Below are positions 34,756-47,845 of a DNA stretch of 64,000 nt, one piece after another. The position numbers were made by a program, and so were the translations under genes. Location of the stretch: positions 372,001 to 436,000 of the forward strand of contig JAUPSS010000001.1 in assembly GCA_040285825.1 (NCBI GenBank), written 5' to 3'. The number at the start of each line of letters is the position of its first letter. Position 1 is the stretch's first letter. The stretch comes from Eukaryota sp. TZLM1-RC (taxonomy: Eukaryota; Protista; Metamonada: BaSk clade). The notes below the pieces were generated by a model. It searched no databases and had not been told where the DNA came from. It saw only the letters and a list, made by a program, of their open reading frames with translations.

Positions 34756-36066
34756 ATGAGTTTCCCGAGACTCAAGGCCAATGAAATCGAGATCATCCTT
34801 GATGAAATGGAGATACCATTTACCAAGGGTTTTCTCACAAAACCTGGCAAAGCCTTATCCACAGAAGATGTTCAAACAATCTTTACATCCTTGCTTGAAT
34901 ATTTTTTTGGCATAACCACTGATGAACTCTCTCAAATACCGTCCGATGTACCAATTTATAACCAATTCTCTGAGTCAATCGCTTCTGGCTGGTGTTCTCT
35001 CTCGCTCTTTCGCCTCCTCTATGATCTCTTCTCATCAATTGGATACCGTGACTTCCGTCTTCACGATCTCTCCACACCCGATCGCAACCGTTTTGCCTTT
35101 CAGCTGTCCGCGCTATTGAACTTTGCTAAATTCAGAGAAGAACAACTTTCTAAATTTGCAGCCCTTGAACAAGCCACCGAAGCACTAGAGCAAAAGCTTG
35201 AGGGTTTGAAACAACAAGAAAATGAAGTACTTTTGCATGTAAAAGAAATAGAAGACCAGGAAGCAGCTGAACGGGAGGAGGTAGCCTCTGTTTTACAGAA
35301 CATTGATGAGTTAACTTCAAGTATCAAGGAAGCCCACTCTAAAGCAACCAGTTTAAATAAGGAAACGGCAGAATTAAAACAAAAGATTAGTCAAATAGAA
35401 GCTGATTCAGAAGCAATAAAATTGAAAAACATTACCGTTCAACAGGAAATTGATGTGATGTCCGGAAAAATTACTGATGATCCATCTACTATAAGGGAAG
35501 TTATTTCTGACTTGGAAAAAAAAGTGTCGCATTTAGAGATGGAATTAAATGAAGAACAAGATAAAATCAAGACGCTTAATAAAAGGAAAGAAGTCTTGAG
35601 GAGTCTTGAGGAAAGTTTACCTCAAATGGTTAACTTATTGGAGAAAATTAATACAAATAGAAAGAAAATTCAGAAAATAACAAAAACTGTTAACCAAGTC
35701 AGTGGAAGCGCAGTCGAAAATGAAAAAATTCTTGAAGATTTAGATGTCAAGACTAGGCATTTTGAAAAGAAGTCCGCTTCTTTAAATGATCAGATCTCAA
35801 GATCTCAGTCTTCCCACGAATTAAAAAGGGAAGGATATAAACAAAGAAGACAAGAATTATTATCAAAGATTCAAGAACAAAAACAAATTAAAGGTGATGT
35901 TGATCATCAATGTCATGAATTAAGTGAAGGTATTAAGAAATTAAAGAGCGAATTGGAAGCATTAAGTAGCAAAAGGGATGCTGAATTAACCGAATTATCC
36001 GAATTAATTTCACATACTGAGGGCATAATTAGGGATTATCATGAAAAAGTAAGTTTTGCGATGTAG
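34756..36066 (+). CDS. NUF2: Kinetochore protein Nuf2
   Basis: MSFP.L...EI, DF.L.DL..P...R....LSALLNFAKFREE, long coiled coil. Confidence 0.88.
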   Translation: MSFPRLKANEIEIILDEMEIPFTKGFLTKPGKALSTEDVQTIFTSLLEYFFGITTDELSQIPSDVPIYNQFSESIASGWCSLSLFRLLYDLFSSIGYRDFRLHDLSTPDRNRFAFQLSALLNFAKFREEQLSKFAALEQATEALEQKLEGLKQQENEVLLHVKEIEDQEAAEREEVASVLQNIDELTSSIKEAHSKATSLNKETAELKQKISQIEADSEAIKLKNITVQQEIDVMSGKITDDPSTIREVISDLEKKVSHLEMELNEEQDKIKTLNKRKEVLRSLEESLPQMVNLLEKINTNRKKIQKITKTVNQVSGSAVENEKILEDLDVKTRHFEKKSASLNDQISRSQSSHELKREGYKQRRQELLSKIQEQKQIKGDVDHQCHELSEGIKKLKSELEALSSKRDAELTELSELISHTEGIIRDYHEKVSFAM

Positions 36067-36584
36067 ATTTAGTTATCATTTGTTTGTGTTTTTCCCACTT
36101 ACTTCTCTTGTTATATTTTCTTTGTTCAGATTTTCACTGTTTACAATATTTACAATTTAATTATATTTATTTATAAATTTAAATAAATTTAAGTAAATTT
36201 AAGTAAATTTACCTTTTCAAATGTATTCTATTGCTTATTTTATGCTTGTTATCAACAGCCTATAGAAGATGTACTTTCCGAAAGTTTTGTTTTGTCAATC
36301 CCTTTCAATGACGAGTGAACCTATGGTAAACATTAGGTTTGATTACTTAAACACATGCTTCATTCTATGCTTACTAGGAGAAAACAGAATTCAAGGGCAT
36401 TACAATAGTTAATGCATCGACAGACGCCCTAAGTCTTAAACTTAACAAATGCTAATCCAATCTACTGATCGGAACCATCAAACAAGCTCGTCCTCAACGT
36501 GATTTACACACCAGCACAATAACTTTTCATTTGGATTATTGTATTAAACCATTTATATAAAGAATAAAATAAAAACAAAACAAA

Positions 36585-38750
36585 CTAAAACACATAAGAA
36601 ACTAAATTCTCCACGCCAACTCTTGATGAATCCTTATAAAGTTTAGACATCATTAAACTCAAGTACTTGGGAACACTTCTGTACAAAGCGAAAATGATAC
36701 GATTTTTCCATAAATTCTCTGCAAAATTCTTACCACTTGAACGACATAAATTACCAAAATCATTGATGAAATTCAAGGCGGATTGTCCAATGTTGCCAAA
36801 AATCGAAAAGGCAAAAGGAACAAACGAAAACTTCGAATAAAGGTTCTTATTTAAATCATTTAATATCTCAGTATATTTATCTCTCTTACGATCTTCAGCC
36901 TTGTTTAAATGACCATTAGTACTAAGTAAAACATCATCGCGATAAACAAAAGCAAAGGGATCAACTGTAGTGAAATCAACAACAACTTGAGAGGAACCCA
37001 CAAAAGGAGCAATTAAATCACCTCGACGTGAATTAAAAAGATTATCATCACTATAATGCTTCAACAAAGGTTCTTCTTTGCAACTAAAATTGTAACACTT
37101 GAACATCTCATATGTCACATCACGAACGGCATTATGAAGAACTGACCTATATTGGAGAAATTTCTTACAGCTCACAATATGACGAAAATTGGCAGTAGGT
37201 TTTTTGTTACAAATACAATAAGAATTGTCCAAAAGACCACTTGGATACATCCCTAATCTCAACCGCATGTTTTGTTTCCAAGCTTCATGTGTTAAGTGAA
37301 GACCAAATGGCCTTGGTTGCTGAGATATTAAACTAGTACAGTTCTGAATGTCTGATAAAAAGGCAGCAAAGACGGGATTATTAATCTTAGTCACACTAAG
37401 TCGTTTAGAAAAATCCAGGTCTTCAAAACCAATAAGAACAGACTTCAGTAATTTCACAACAGCAAGATGTGTTGTTGTCGAACTTAAATTGAATTAGTAG
37501 GTATCTTTGTATTTTGACTGATGACGTGATACTCGTTTATGAATCAGTTTTATTAATAAACTTAGATTTCTCTTTCTCCCCTTCGTGTGTTCATCTGCCT
37601 AACGGCATCAATAATTATTGGCCCTTCTTATTTCAGATGACTGTTCTCTCTGTTAACCTGACGTCTCTTTCTTCCATGAAAGTTGAAAGTGTTCTTCTGT
37701 TCCTATAGGAGTGAAAGATTTATTCTTCGGTGACTCCTAAGAAAGAGCTTGTTCCAGCAAGACTATTGGTCGATTCTTTTCTGTTAGAGTCCTATCTCTC
37801 CAGAAATCCGACGTCTCATCCAGTGACGATGTTCTTCTCAGACATCTACAATCTGTCGTATCGATCGTCACGTACGAAGATTATAGTCTGGCTATGTCAG
37901 AACTGAAGCTTGATGTCCGTATTGGTGACGTCCGAGAACGCATGTCCTGTTACCTGCGACGTTTCCTCCAGGTAAAGAGTAGGGCTTCCGGACTGAAGTT
38001 GCCAGACATAGCTTTTCTGAACCGATTTGCCAGAGGAATTCTTCCCGTAGGTCTCCAACGTTCTCATACCAACGATACACCGGAGAATTTAACAAACCCC
38101 ATATCTTCCCTCTATTGAGCCAGTACTGTATTTGTCCTCAGAAAAATGGGAAAAAGTAGTGTTGTTGTCGAACTTAAATTGAATTAGTAGGTATCTTTGT
38201 ATTTTGACTGATGACGTGATACTCGTTTATGAATCAGTTTTATTAATAAACTTGGATTTCTCTTTCTCCCCTTCGTGTGTTCATCTGCCTAACGGCATCA
38301 GATGAAGGTTGGTGAAAGATCTCGAAGGCACAGCAGGCAAACTTGAAGGAAAACTCCTATTCCAAATATCAACATGTAGTTCTTGCACCATTTTTTCTAG
38401 AGAAATTAATAAAGGATGTGATTCATTTAAAGGAATATGATCAAAACGAAGTTTACATTCAAAAAGAAAATTTTTCATACCACCAATAAAAGCACTTTTG
38501 CATAAATACTCTGCTTTTGAAAAACCAACTCCACCAAATTTAGGACTAAAAAATGCATGATAAGGAATTTTAGATGGACAAACTTCTACTAAATTTCCTA
38601 AGAAATTTGTTCTCAAAGTATTAAATTGACGTGCAAAATCATGAGAAATTGTGGGAGATAAAGAACGAAGAAGATGATTAATTTTTGATCCAAAACACAC
38701 ATTTAGGACCGAAAACGCTAAATGTTTGTCAATTTCTAGATCTTGAATGG
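36585..38750 (-). mobile_element. CRE-like element (family C) interrupted by a TRIM
   Basis: KINHLLR, P.FGG.G, C.C..H..C..HNAVRD, EEP, RRGD, VDFT, K.DKY. Confidence 0.85.
37470..38300 (+). mobile_element. TRIM-like non-autonomous LTR retroelement, copy 2 (831 bp; LTRs 37470-37610 and 38160-38300)
   Basis: 141-bp LTRs with 1 mismatch; TSD GATG; PPT GGGAAAAAGTAG before the 3' LTR. Confidence 0.92.
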
Positions 38751-38940
38751 ATTATTGTTGATAATTTAATAGGCAACTTCAGAACAAATGCACCAACATC
38801 TTCACAACTATCAATGAAAGAACGCTAACGTAATTTCCATTTTTTGTCCTCAGTGTTAGAGAGAAAGCTTAACACTAAATGTTTATGCAACAAGCAACTT
38901 AAAGCAAATGTACCAAATGGAACTATCTACTAAACTTAAT

Positions 38941-39534
38941 CTATAGAAAGACACAAGAAGGTACACAAAGGATGTTGTCAAATTGAGGGTCCAATTCCTT
39001 GAAAGAAATCACCAAATCAGGATCGATCTTTTCAATTCTCTTCAAATGAAACATAATAAAGTTTGCCAAGTCCTGCTTGGAGAACGACAAGTCGTAGTCC
39101 AAAAGGTTGAGAAATTCTCTCTCCATATCGTTGATCAATTGTAGGGGGTAATATGAGAACCCAATCTCTCCCCAGTCAATGTTGCGATACGACCTGTCTT
39201 CTGTGAACTTGGAAGCAAGGATTGTGGCAACGAGGAAACAACGATGTCCATTCACGGTGGAAAACCGAAGCTGAGGATTGTTCACTGTGAGGCGATGTAA
39301 GTAGAACAAGGCAACCAGTGATATAAAAGGATCCAGCTGACCATAGTTGTTGATTCGGCGAATCCAGTTCTGAAGTGAGGGTTGGGATAATCATACCTTC
39401 AAGGGGGTTTTCGGTTCGGCACCAAACTCTGACGGCAGTTTGGTTGGAGGGTTGGTTAGGAAGGAACTAAACACGGCACAACAGAGCTCAACACAAGACT
39501 CCTTGTAGTTTCGATACATAAAGGAGGTGGTCAT
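38941..39534 (-). CDS. Pho80/P-type cyclin; join(39534..39397,39369..38941)
   Basis: AL.YLHRL, HR.FLVATILASKF.ED..Y.N..W, IN.MEREFL.LLDY.L; 27-nt intron 39370-39396 with an in-frame TGA. Confidence 0.85.
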
Positions 39535-41285
39535 GGGGCACTGAAGGAACAGAATAACCTAATCATAGCACCAACAAATAAAACCGTAGATGATCAAGAC
39601 GTCAAGGAAAGTCAGAGGATGAAAGACGACGACAAACAGATATCTGTCTGATGAGGACATCTACAGTGCAACAAGGTTTTGACAAATGACAATTTGATCC
39701 GGGTAGAATAATAACAGTTACTCTCCTAATGTTATCTACAACGTCAATGATCCTGATACGACTCCTATTTTTGTGTCTATAAAGTTGCATACTATTGGAT
39801 TTTCGACAAGAGCTGCATTAATGCAATCAATAGTACATATATTAATCCTCTTATTCAATGGAGTGCTTCAACTGAGTAGGGGCAAGAACAATTCAGCAGG
39901 ATTCATTCGTAGCGTTATGCAGTGGCTCTAGGTAAAGTGGAATTTCGAGTTTAATGTTTGTCCTGTTCATCATCATCAACAGTTTCCCATTGACATGGAG
40001 TTCATCTCAACTAGACTTTGTACAATTTCGAAGATTGCAGAATAGTGAGACTGTATTATTTATTGGTTTAAAGGGTGGATAAACAATTTAAAATTTCCAT
40101 CAAATTAATTAATTAGGTCGCAAATTTGTTGTTGAACAATAGTAAACAATAAGACACCAACTAAAAAGAAGTGGCCTATTGGGAGGTTTAGTTTTTGTTT
40201 TGTGACACTCCTTCAATCGCAACACATGTAAGTTTCAGTGTTTTTAAGAGAGCGACAGCATCAGAAATCTTACAAAAGGGTGAGCGTAAAAATTGAGTGG
40301 TTCAGTGTGATGAAAAAGTTTAGTGATGAATAGACATAGGAAACAGATGAGGGAAGTACAATATCTTTTGAATTTGGCAAGGTAAAAGAGTTTCATTGTC
40401 ATTTTTTGAATAGCCAAAGCACATTCAGTTCTTTTGGAATGAACCAGTGTTTTACACCATTATTTCTACCCCTGAGACTTTGATTAATAGAGAAAACTTT
40501 GGAGGAGCCCTGATGGGAAGTATCTTTATCTTGAGTTGTTATTTGAAAGTTTTAAATTAAAAAAAATAAAAAAAATTAATTGAATGTTGGAGTCTTTTTT
40601 TATTTTTGTGTTCTGCATACTTTGTGTTATATCAAATTAAGGTAAGTGTTGTTTGTATCAAAGATATTTGATTAAATAGGTGAAATTAATAAAACAAAAA
40701 TAAATATAAAAATATAATAGTAAAATAGAATGGCCAATTCCAAAGTGCAACGTTAAACATAATGATAAAAATTGTTATTTAAGTACAAGATACACATTAA
40801 GCTCTGATAGCCTCAACATTATTAATGAATGTTGAGACATAGCCGGTGATGTGCTTGTATTTGTACTTCTTGTATTGTATCAAAGAAAAGTTATTACAGT
40901 TTTCCACTAAGAAACAAGAAAAATCAATTAATTTACAATTTAATATAAAACAGAAAGTTTGAGTTATTAAAAAATACAGCGAGTTCTAAGAAACGTACAT
41001 TCTTTCCTTTCATCCGTTGTAATGTCATTTAATATTTATCATTGTGAAATTATCTGGACGAGCAACACCATACTCAGCTACATGTGTGTGACAGTTCTCA
41101 AACACTTATACTTTGTCAGTGACCTGATAATGTGATGTTAAGGAGACCATAAAAGTCACATAAGGAGAAATTGTCCTCTCACCGCTTACAAGGGTACAAT
41201 AGAAAAGTAGAACTCCAAAAGTTCTTGATAAACTGAGGAAATAGCAAGGAACGGTACACTACATATATTTACAAAAGATAAAAAT

Positions 41286-41749
41286 CTAATCAAACACGAC
41301 ATCTACATAGTTGTTTTCGTTACCCTGCGAGTCACGTAGTGTGGGGTATTTATTGGAGCAGCTCCAGTTTATACCATCAAGGATAAACTTGAATCTAGAA
41401 TAAGAGAAGATAACAGTACAAACTCATGTCTTCCTTCAGGTAGACTTATACAGCAGCTGAAAGTGTTATCTTTTCGCCGAGTCAAAGAATAAGAGTTCCT
41501 CCATGAATCGAAAGAGCCCTTGATATCCACAGATTTGGCATGAGGGGCCTCGATATCCAGTTCCTTTAGTATGGTACGAGCTGGTTCACCAAAGAGAGTA
41601 GTATTTTGGATATTGATAAGGTGAACGGCTTTTCTATGCATCTCATCATTGTGCTTGCAGTTTGAACAGATTGATGGATCTATGTTGGAGCGCTGGAAAT
41701 AGGAACATCCACATAAAGAGTTTGTGCAAGCGTCAAGATCGTCAAACAT
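41286..41749 (-). CDS. Small protein with a Cys/His-rich N-terminus and an AMPK-beta-type glycogen-binding (CBM48) domain; join(41749..41424,41394..41286)
   Basis: V.IKGSFDSW, LPEGRHE|FKFILDG.NW, D.QGN.NN; 29-nt intron 41395-41423. Confidence 0.8.
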
Positions 41750-41789
41750 TTTGTGAACACAAAACTATCATTTCTGATTTATTAATCTT

Positions 41790-43870
41790 ATTGTTTCCAA
41801 TGAATCACCCCGTCGAACAAGGCGATCCATTTGGACCACCTTTATTCTGTCTCGCAATTCATCCAATTTCATTACAAATTCAAGCAATGTTACCTTCATT
41901 AAAGTTGATTGCTTGCATCGGGGATGTGGTTTTATTAGGCGACTTAATGGTAGTGAAAAAAGCAACATTCTATTTTAAAGAGTTATAGATCAAAATTGGC
42001 CTTGGACTGAACTTAAATGCGTTTTACTTTCAAATTCTCGAATTTCACCAGTAGTTGATGGAATTGAAATTCAAGCTAAGTTACATTCAACTGATGCTAT
42101 TTGCCATCTAGCTTCGTCTTTAGGCATAATGATGAAATCTCCAAACAAATATTGGGAAAATTTTGCTTTAATTTAATGAATTTGCACACTTAATTAAATT
42201 AACTCATAATGAATGGGACGAATATCATTGAACCAAGATTTCCTCTACAAAATCTTGATCTGCTTGCTGTCTAGCTTAAACTTCTCTTATTCTATTGAAA
42301 AACCGAGGTAATCTATTAACAATGGTAAATTGAATCCGTGAACGTCATAAAAATATATTAAATCTTTTCATTTTTTTTTCTTGAACCATTTTTTGGAAGT
42401 CATTCAAAAAAATTGAATACTATTCCAAGAAAATTGATCAATTTCCGACAAAATTGACCGAATGATGAATTTAGATATAAAAAACACATCAAATTTACCA
42501 TTATAAGACTGTGTTTTAGTTCCAACTTCAATCATATATTTCGATCTACAAATCCTCTCGTCACTAGACCTTTGGCTCAGAAGTTTAATGAGTTACGTGC
42601 AAAAGTTCTGTCCCAATTACTTTGATGTAAAATGTTTCAAATTCCAGATCATGCTTACCTTAGTCCTCATTATGGCGGTTTAGGGTGGACGAAGGCTTCT
42701 ATTCTTACCTCGTGTGCTTTTGTTGGTGGATGCAGATATGCAATCTTTGAGTTTTCCGAAAGATTTGCAGATTGGGAAGATTTATTGATGACAACGCAAA
42801 ATTCCACTGTTTTTGCATTAAATGAAAAAATTTCAAAAATTGATGTAGAAAAATGGGGTCGATGTTTTCCCCAATCATTCAATGGCAATATTCCAGAAAA
42901 AAATGTTTGAAATTTGAAGTACACTCTTCGAACATTACAGAAACGATTGACTGGAATGTATGAAAAAGATCTTTATAATAATATATGCAGCTCGGCTGTT
43001 TTAAATCAAGATCTTCACTCATTGTTATTGGAAAAGGGTGTTTGTGAAAACAAGTCATCAGATTCTTCACTTTTTGTAACCATTGTACCACGAAGATTTG
43101 GATTGTGTGCCACTAATGAAGCATTTGTAACAAAAATGAGATTATATTTGAACATCCCCATTAATCAATTATTATCAAAAGAAAAATGTATTTGTTCGAA
43201 TTCACCTCAACTCACTTTGCGCCATGCTCAGAATTGCTCTAAATTGATAACTTATCGTTCTTCATTACATGATGCTGTTAGAGACACTGTTTTTAATATG
43301 GCACAAACTGCAAGGATATAGTGTATCAAAGAGCCCCTGCTGAAGGAAACACTTTCTCTGAATAATTTTGGTTCTGATGATAGAGGTGATGTATACTGTG
43401 ATTGGATTGATAATTCTGAAGCTATTGTTGACTTTGTCTCATGTAATGTTGCAAATGATACTTTGGTTCACAGAAGAAAACTTAATCCTGTCGCTGCTCT
43501 GGATTTTAAAGCAAAAGAGAAACATAGAAAATATGATAAAGATATTGAAGAGGCTAATGTCGATAGAAATACCCAGCTGGTTTTTATTGCTTTCCCATTT
43601 TCGATAAATGGAAGATTATCAGTTGAAGCAGAAACTTTTTTCAATGACTTCCAAAAAATGGTGCAAGAAAAAACAATGAAAAGATTTGATATTTTTTATG
43701 GCGTTCACGGATTCAATTTGCCATTATTAATAGATTACCGCGGTTTTTCAATCGAATAAGAGAAGCTTTAGCTAGACAGCAAGCAGATCAAGATTTTGTA
43801 GAGGAAATCTTGGTTCAATGATAGTCGTCTCATTAGTTATGAGTGAATTTCATTAAGTGTGCAAATTCTA
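41790..43870 (+). mobile_element. Family A CRE-like element, decayed, with an antisense 3' fragment at ~42160-42412
   Basis: QGDPFGPPLFCLAIHP, then RLE motifs; near-identical to 140-1590. Confidence 0.85.
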
Positions 43871-44019
43871 TAAATACATCCGTTTATTAAATGAATAAAA
43901 ACATTTTTTTAAAAAAACTTTTTATGAATCTTTCTAATTGATTACTTTCAAAAAACTCAACACAAAAATTAAAAATAAAAATTCAATCTTAAAAATCTTA
44001 ATTAAAATCTAAATCTTCA

Positions 44020-44270
44020 TATCCCTAATCAGCCAATAAAAATTGGCTGGAAGTTTTTCCTTCATAAAGGCGACCAAGAAATAATAAAGCAGAAGACAAT
44101 AACCGGACAACACCTTTACAAATTGAAAAGACAATTCTGTTCTAACAATTTTTTTTGTCAAAAATTCTTCCTGTACGTTGTTTTACAATTTCAACAAAAT
44201 CATCCAAAAAACATAAAGTAGGTGGTCCAACTCACCATGTAAGGAGAAAGCAAATGGACAAAGGACAAAA
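44020..44270 (-). mobile_element. CRE-like 3' fragment
   Basis: PFAFSL.GELD, KIVKQRTGR, NRIVFSICKG. Confidence 0.6.
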
Positions 44271-44423
44271 TGAGTGTGAGATCTGCAACTTTAGGAATAT
44301 GAGATCATCATTGTAATTTACAAATTGCATTTGACTCAAAGACCACCTCATCCGTCGTGAAACCCTCATTCGCCAACACAACTTTATCATTATTATCAGT
44401 AAGTGACGATATTACTAGAAGTT

Positions 44424-45392
44424 ATGGGCAATCAAGCTCCTTTTTATCCATTAATTGATGGTCCCCCAGACAAGCCTCCTGGTACCAAAACACCCGAACC
44501 TCCTCCGACAACACCAAGATCACGAGGTTGTTGTGTGTTCAGTTTTTTGACATCCATATTTTGTTTCTGTTTCAGATCGCCACCCCGTTCCTCACTTGTT
44601 GAACATAGCGAGGATTGTGAATCTGATCTCTCCAAAAGTACCCCTTCTCTCTGCAACAACCCTCTGTTACCGCCCCAGATTGCACCTAATATAGGTCGAA
44701 AGACACTAGTCTTAGACCTCGATGAAACTCTTGTACATACTTCTTATGAAAACTTTCACAACCACGACTTTTCTATCAAACTTTTTTTGAATGGATGTGT
44801 GAGAGAGCTATTTGTTTACAAACGGCCATATGTTGATCACTTTCTTGCATCCGTAGCGCCTTATTTTGAAGTTGTAGTGTTTACAGCCTCTGTATCTACT
44901 GTATGTCTGCTTGATCTTTCTCATTTTAGTACGCAAATCCAGTAATTGATATCTTGGACAAGGAAAAAGTGATTACCAACAGACTGTTCAGAGACTCTTG
45001 TCTCTCTATGAAAGGGTTTTTCATAAAGGATCTCTCCAGGTTGGGGAGAAATCTCAATGATGTCGTCATTGTGGACAATAGCCCTCTTTGTTACATGTAT
45101 GCCCTCCTCCCACACTGACCATAGGCTTCACAAATCCCATGCAATTCCCATCAACTCCTTCTTCAAGAACAAACGGGACCAAGGCCTTCGTGAGGTGCTC
45201 CCCATTCTCGACCAAGTCAAGGGTGCTGATCGTGTTCAAGATGTCATTGAAAACTATCCTTGGAGTTGTTTCATGAAAAAGTGCAAGCGATTCGAAAGTA
45301 CCTGCAACAGTAATTGTAAAAAGTTCATTCGACCTTGTGTGGAGCAGGTGAGATCTGTGGTTGATGAAAGATGTAATTATCCGGTTTTTTAG
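44424..45392 (+). CDS. SCP/Psr1-type FCP1-homology phosphatase; join(44424..44900,44930..45096,45125..45392)
   Basis: DLDETLVH, KRP.VD.FL, FTAS, YA.PVID.LD, LFRDSC, KDLS.LGR, VDNSP; introns of 29 and 28 nt; MG start with a Cys cluster. Confidence 0.9.
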
Positions 45393-45979
45393 TCTTTTTT
45401 GTGTACATAATGTGTTTAAAATTCGTTTTTATTTATTGTTTTGATAAGAATCAAATCAAATACTCCTTCCTTGAAGCTAAAACAAATACAAACTAGACAC
45501 TTCTCTCTACAACTACTATTTACGAACTATAGTAAATATTGTTTTTCATGGCATACAAATGTGATTTCTTATAAACCCGTTACAATAGCTAGTGACTTCA
45601 ACAACATTCAATCCATTCACAGATTTGATAAGACAAGAATGAGAATGATAAAATTCAATCAGCGAGTACGTTGCATGTTTGAAGCAGGTCTATGTGGTGA
45701 GGGATGAATATTATAAGTTGATTACCAAGAATCATATCTAATACTCCTCGTCATTATTGGTACTGGCAGATTCAAGATTGTTTATCACAACAAAAACAAA
45801 TTGATGGGCAAAAATCTTTATTGTCACGAAAATAGTTGCATTTTTAATCTTGATTTCAAAAATGCTTTCAATTCAGTGAAAAGAGATTCAATTTGGAAAG
45901 AAATCAAATCATTTTATTTGAATCACCAACTTGACATACTTCTTTTCATCTTTTACTTCTTGTTCTTACATTCTTAAAC

Positions 45980-47700
45980 ATGTCACAACTCCGCAAACTG
46001 CTCAGTATGCATTCACACACTCGCTATTCATCTTAGACGAAATTGAGCGGACTCAAAAGCGTGTTGACGAAGGTGTAGATGAATTTGAGGAAATATGGAG
46101 TCGCGTTCATGACGCAGCTACCCAAACACAACGAGAAAAACACGAAGCTGAACTCAAAAAGACCATCAAAAAGCTCCAGCGCTACCGTGACCAAATTCGT
46201 TCATGGATAGGGTCGTCTGAAATCAAAGACAAACGAAACCTAGAAGAATCCCGCAAGAGAATAGAAGCCCTTATGGAAAGGTTTAAGGTCATTGAACGGC
46301 AGTCTAAAACGAAAGCCTACTCGAGAGAAGGTCTAGCCCAATCAAGTCTAGAAGATGAAGAAACCCAAAAGGTCAACACCACTGTTGAGTGGTTACAGAA
46401 ACAAATTGCCGATTTGGAACAACAAATTGACCACCAAGAAGCCCAGATTGAGGTTATTTCATCAAGAAGATCCAAACGTTCCAAGAAACTTAAACAAGAA
46501 GATCTTGATGAAATGGAAAATTCCAGATTCAAGATTGATCGTCATCGTTTCCATATTCAACAATTAGAATTGGTCATGAGGCTCATTATTAATAACGAAA
46601 TGGATGTAGAAATGGTAGAGGTTATTAAGGAATCAGTTGAGTATTACGTTGAGCACAACGATGATCCTGATTTCTTTGAGGACATGGAAGTTTATGACCA
46701 ACTTGAATTGGATAGTTATTTGGGCAATGGAGAGCTGGAAAAGGTAGGAGTTTTGGGCGGTCAAAAAGACGAAATTCAAGAGAAGCCTGTTGAAAAACCA
46801 GAGAAAACTAAAGAAAATGATAAGAAACGTGAAGAAAAGAAACCATTTAAACCAAGTAAGACTCCACAACCTCAACGTCCTCCCTCATCAAGACCTCTCT
46901 CGGCACAAACCTTTAAACCTCCTGAACCTGACCGTCCTTCTGCCCCCAACCCTGTCAAAGTGGAGAAGAAAGTGCATAGTGGACCTTCTATGGCAGCCAT
47001 ACTTGAACGTAATCTTCGTGAGCAAAAGCAAGAAGAAGTTGGTGGGAAGGAGGAGAAGATTGATTCAAAGCCACCTTCTAGACCTGTTTCAAGTTCATTA
47101 CCCACACCTTGTCCTACACCATCAAAATCAACGTCACCAGCTGTAGTTGACAACTTGTCAGAGGTTGTCATTGATCCCTTCTCTAGCCTAGGCGATCTCC
47201 TCCCTGATCCGGCACCATCGCTCTCCGAAACAAAACCAATTGCTCTACCCTCATATTCAGAATACTCGTACCAACAAACAAAGTTGTTGTTAGAGAATAG
47301 CTGCAGATACGTGCCCACCGCGTATGATACAAGAGCACCATCAAGGTATTTGGCCCAGAATCCTATCGAAACACCCTGTTTTTTCCCACAGAGACCACTA
47401 AACATTTTTCAGAATCCTCAGATCTATTCAAAACTCGATCCAGATACTTTGTTTTTCATTTTCTTTTTTTGTCAAGGATCAAGTGGTCAATATTTAGCTG
47501 CAAAGGAATTGAAGAGGCAAAATTGGAGGTTTCACAAGAAGTATTTAACCTTTTTCCAACGTCATTCAGAGCCAATCACGACTAATGATGATTACGAGGA
47601 AGGATCATATATCTATTTTGATTATGATGATTGGACACAGAGGGTTAAAAACGACTTTAAATTTGACTACGAATTTCTGGAAGATGAACTGATCAATTAG
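45980..47700 (+). CDS. NOT3: CCR4-NOT subunit Not3/5; join(45980..46004,46037..47700)
   Basis: MSQLRKLL|NEIER, IKKLQRYRDQIRSW, KTKAYSREGL, NOT box DTLFFIF..QYLAAKELK..WRFHKKY; 32-nt intron. Confidence 0.92.
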
Positions 47701-47845
47701 TGTTTTTGTATTTTGCAATTTTGTAAATTCTGTTTAAAGTGGTAGACACCACTATAATAAAATTTTGTAATTCATTGAAATTCAAAACAAACCAAATACT
47801 ACAAAACTAATAAAACTAAAACTAACATTAAAAAAACAATATTAT

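Noticed and set aside
37637-37720. In-frame TAG/TGA shared by both TRIM copies as possible stop-codon reassignment
   Set aside because: Host genes terminate on TAA, TAG and TGA and have no internal stops; these are inherited lesions.
45931-46036. ORF-track start of NOT3
   Set aside because: The conserved N-terminus is restored only by ATG 45980 plus the 32-nt intron.
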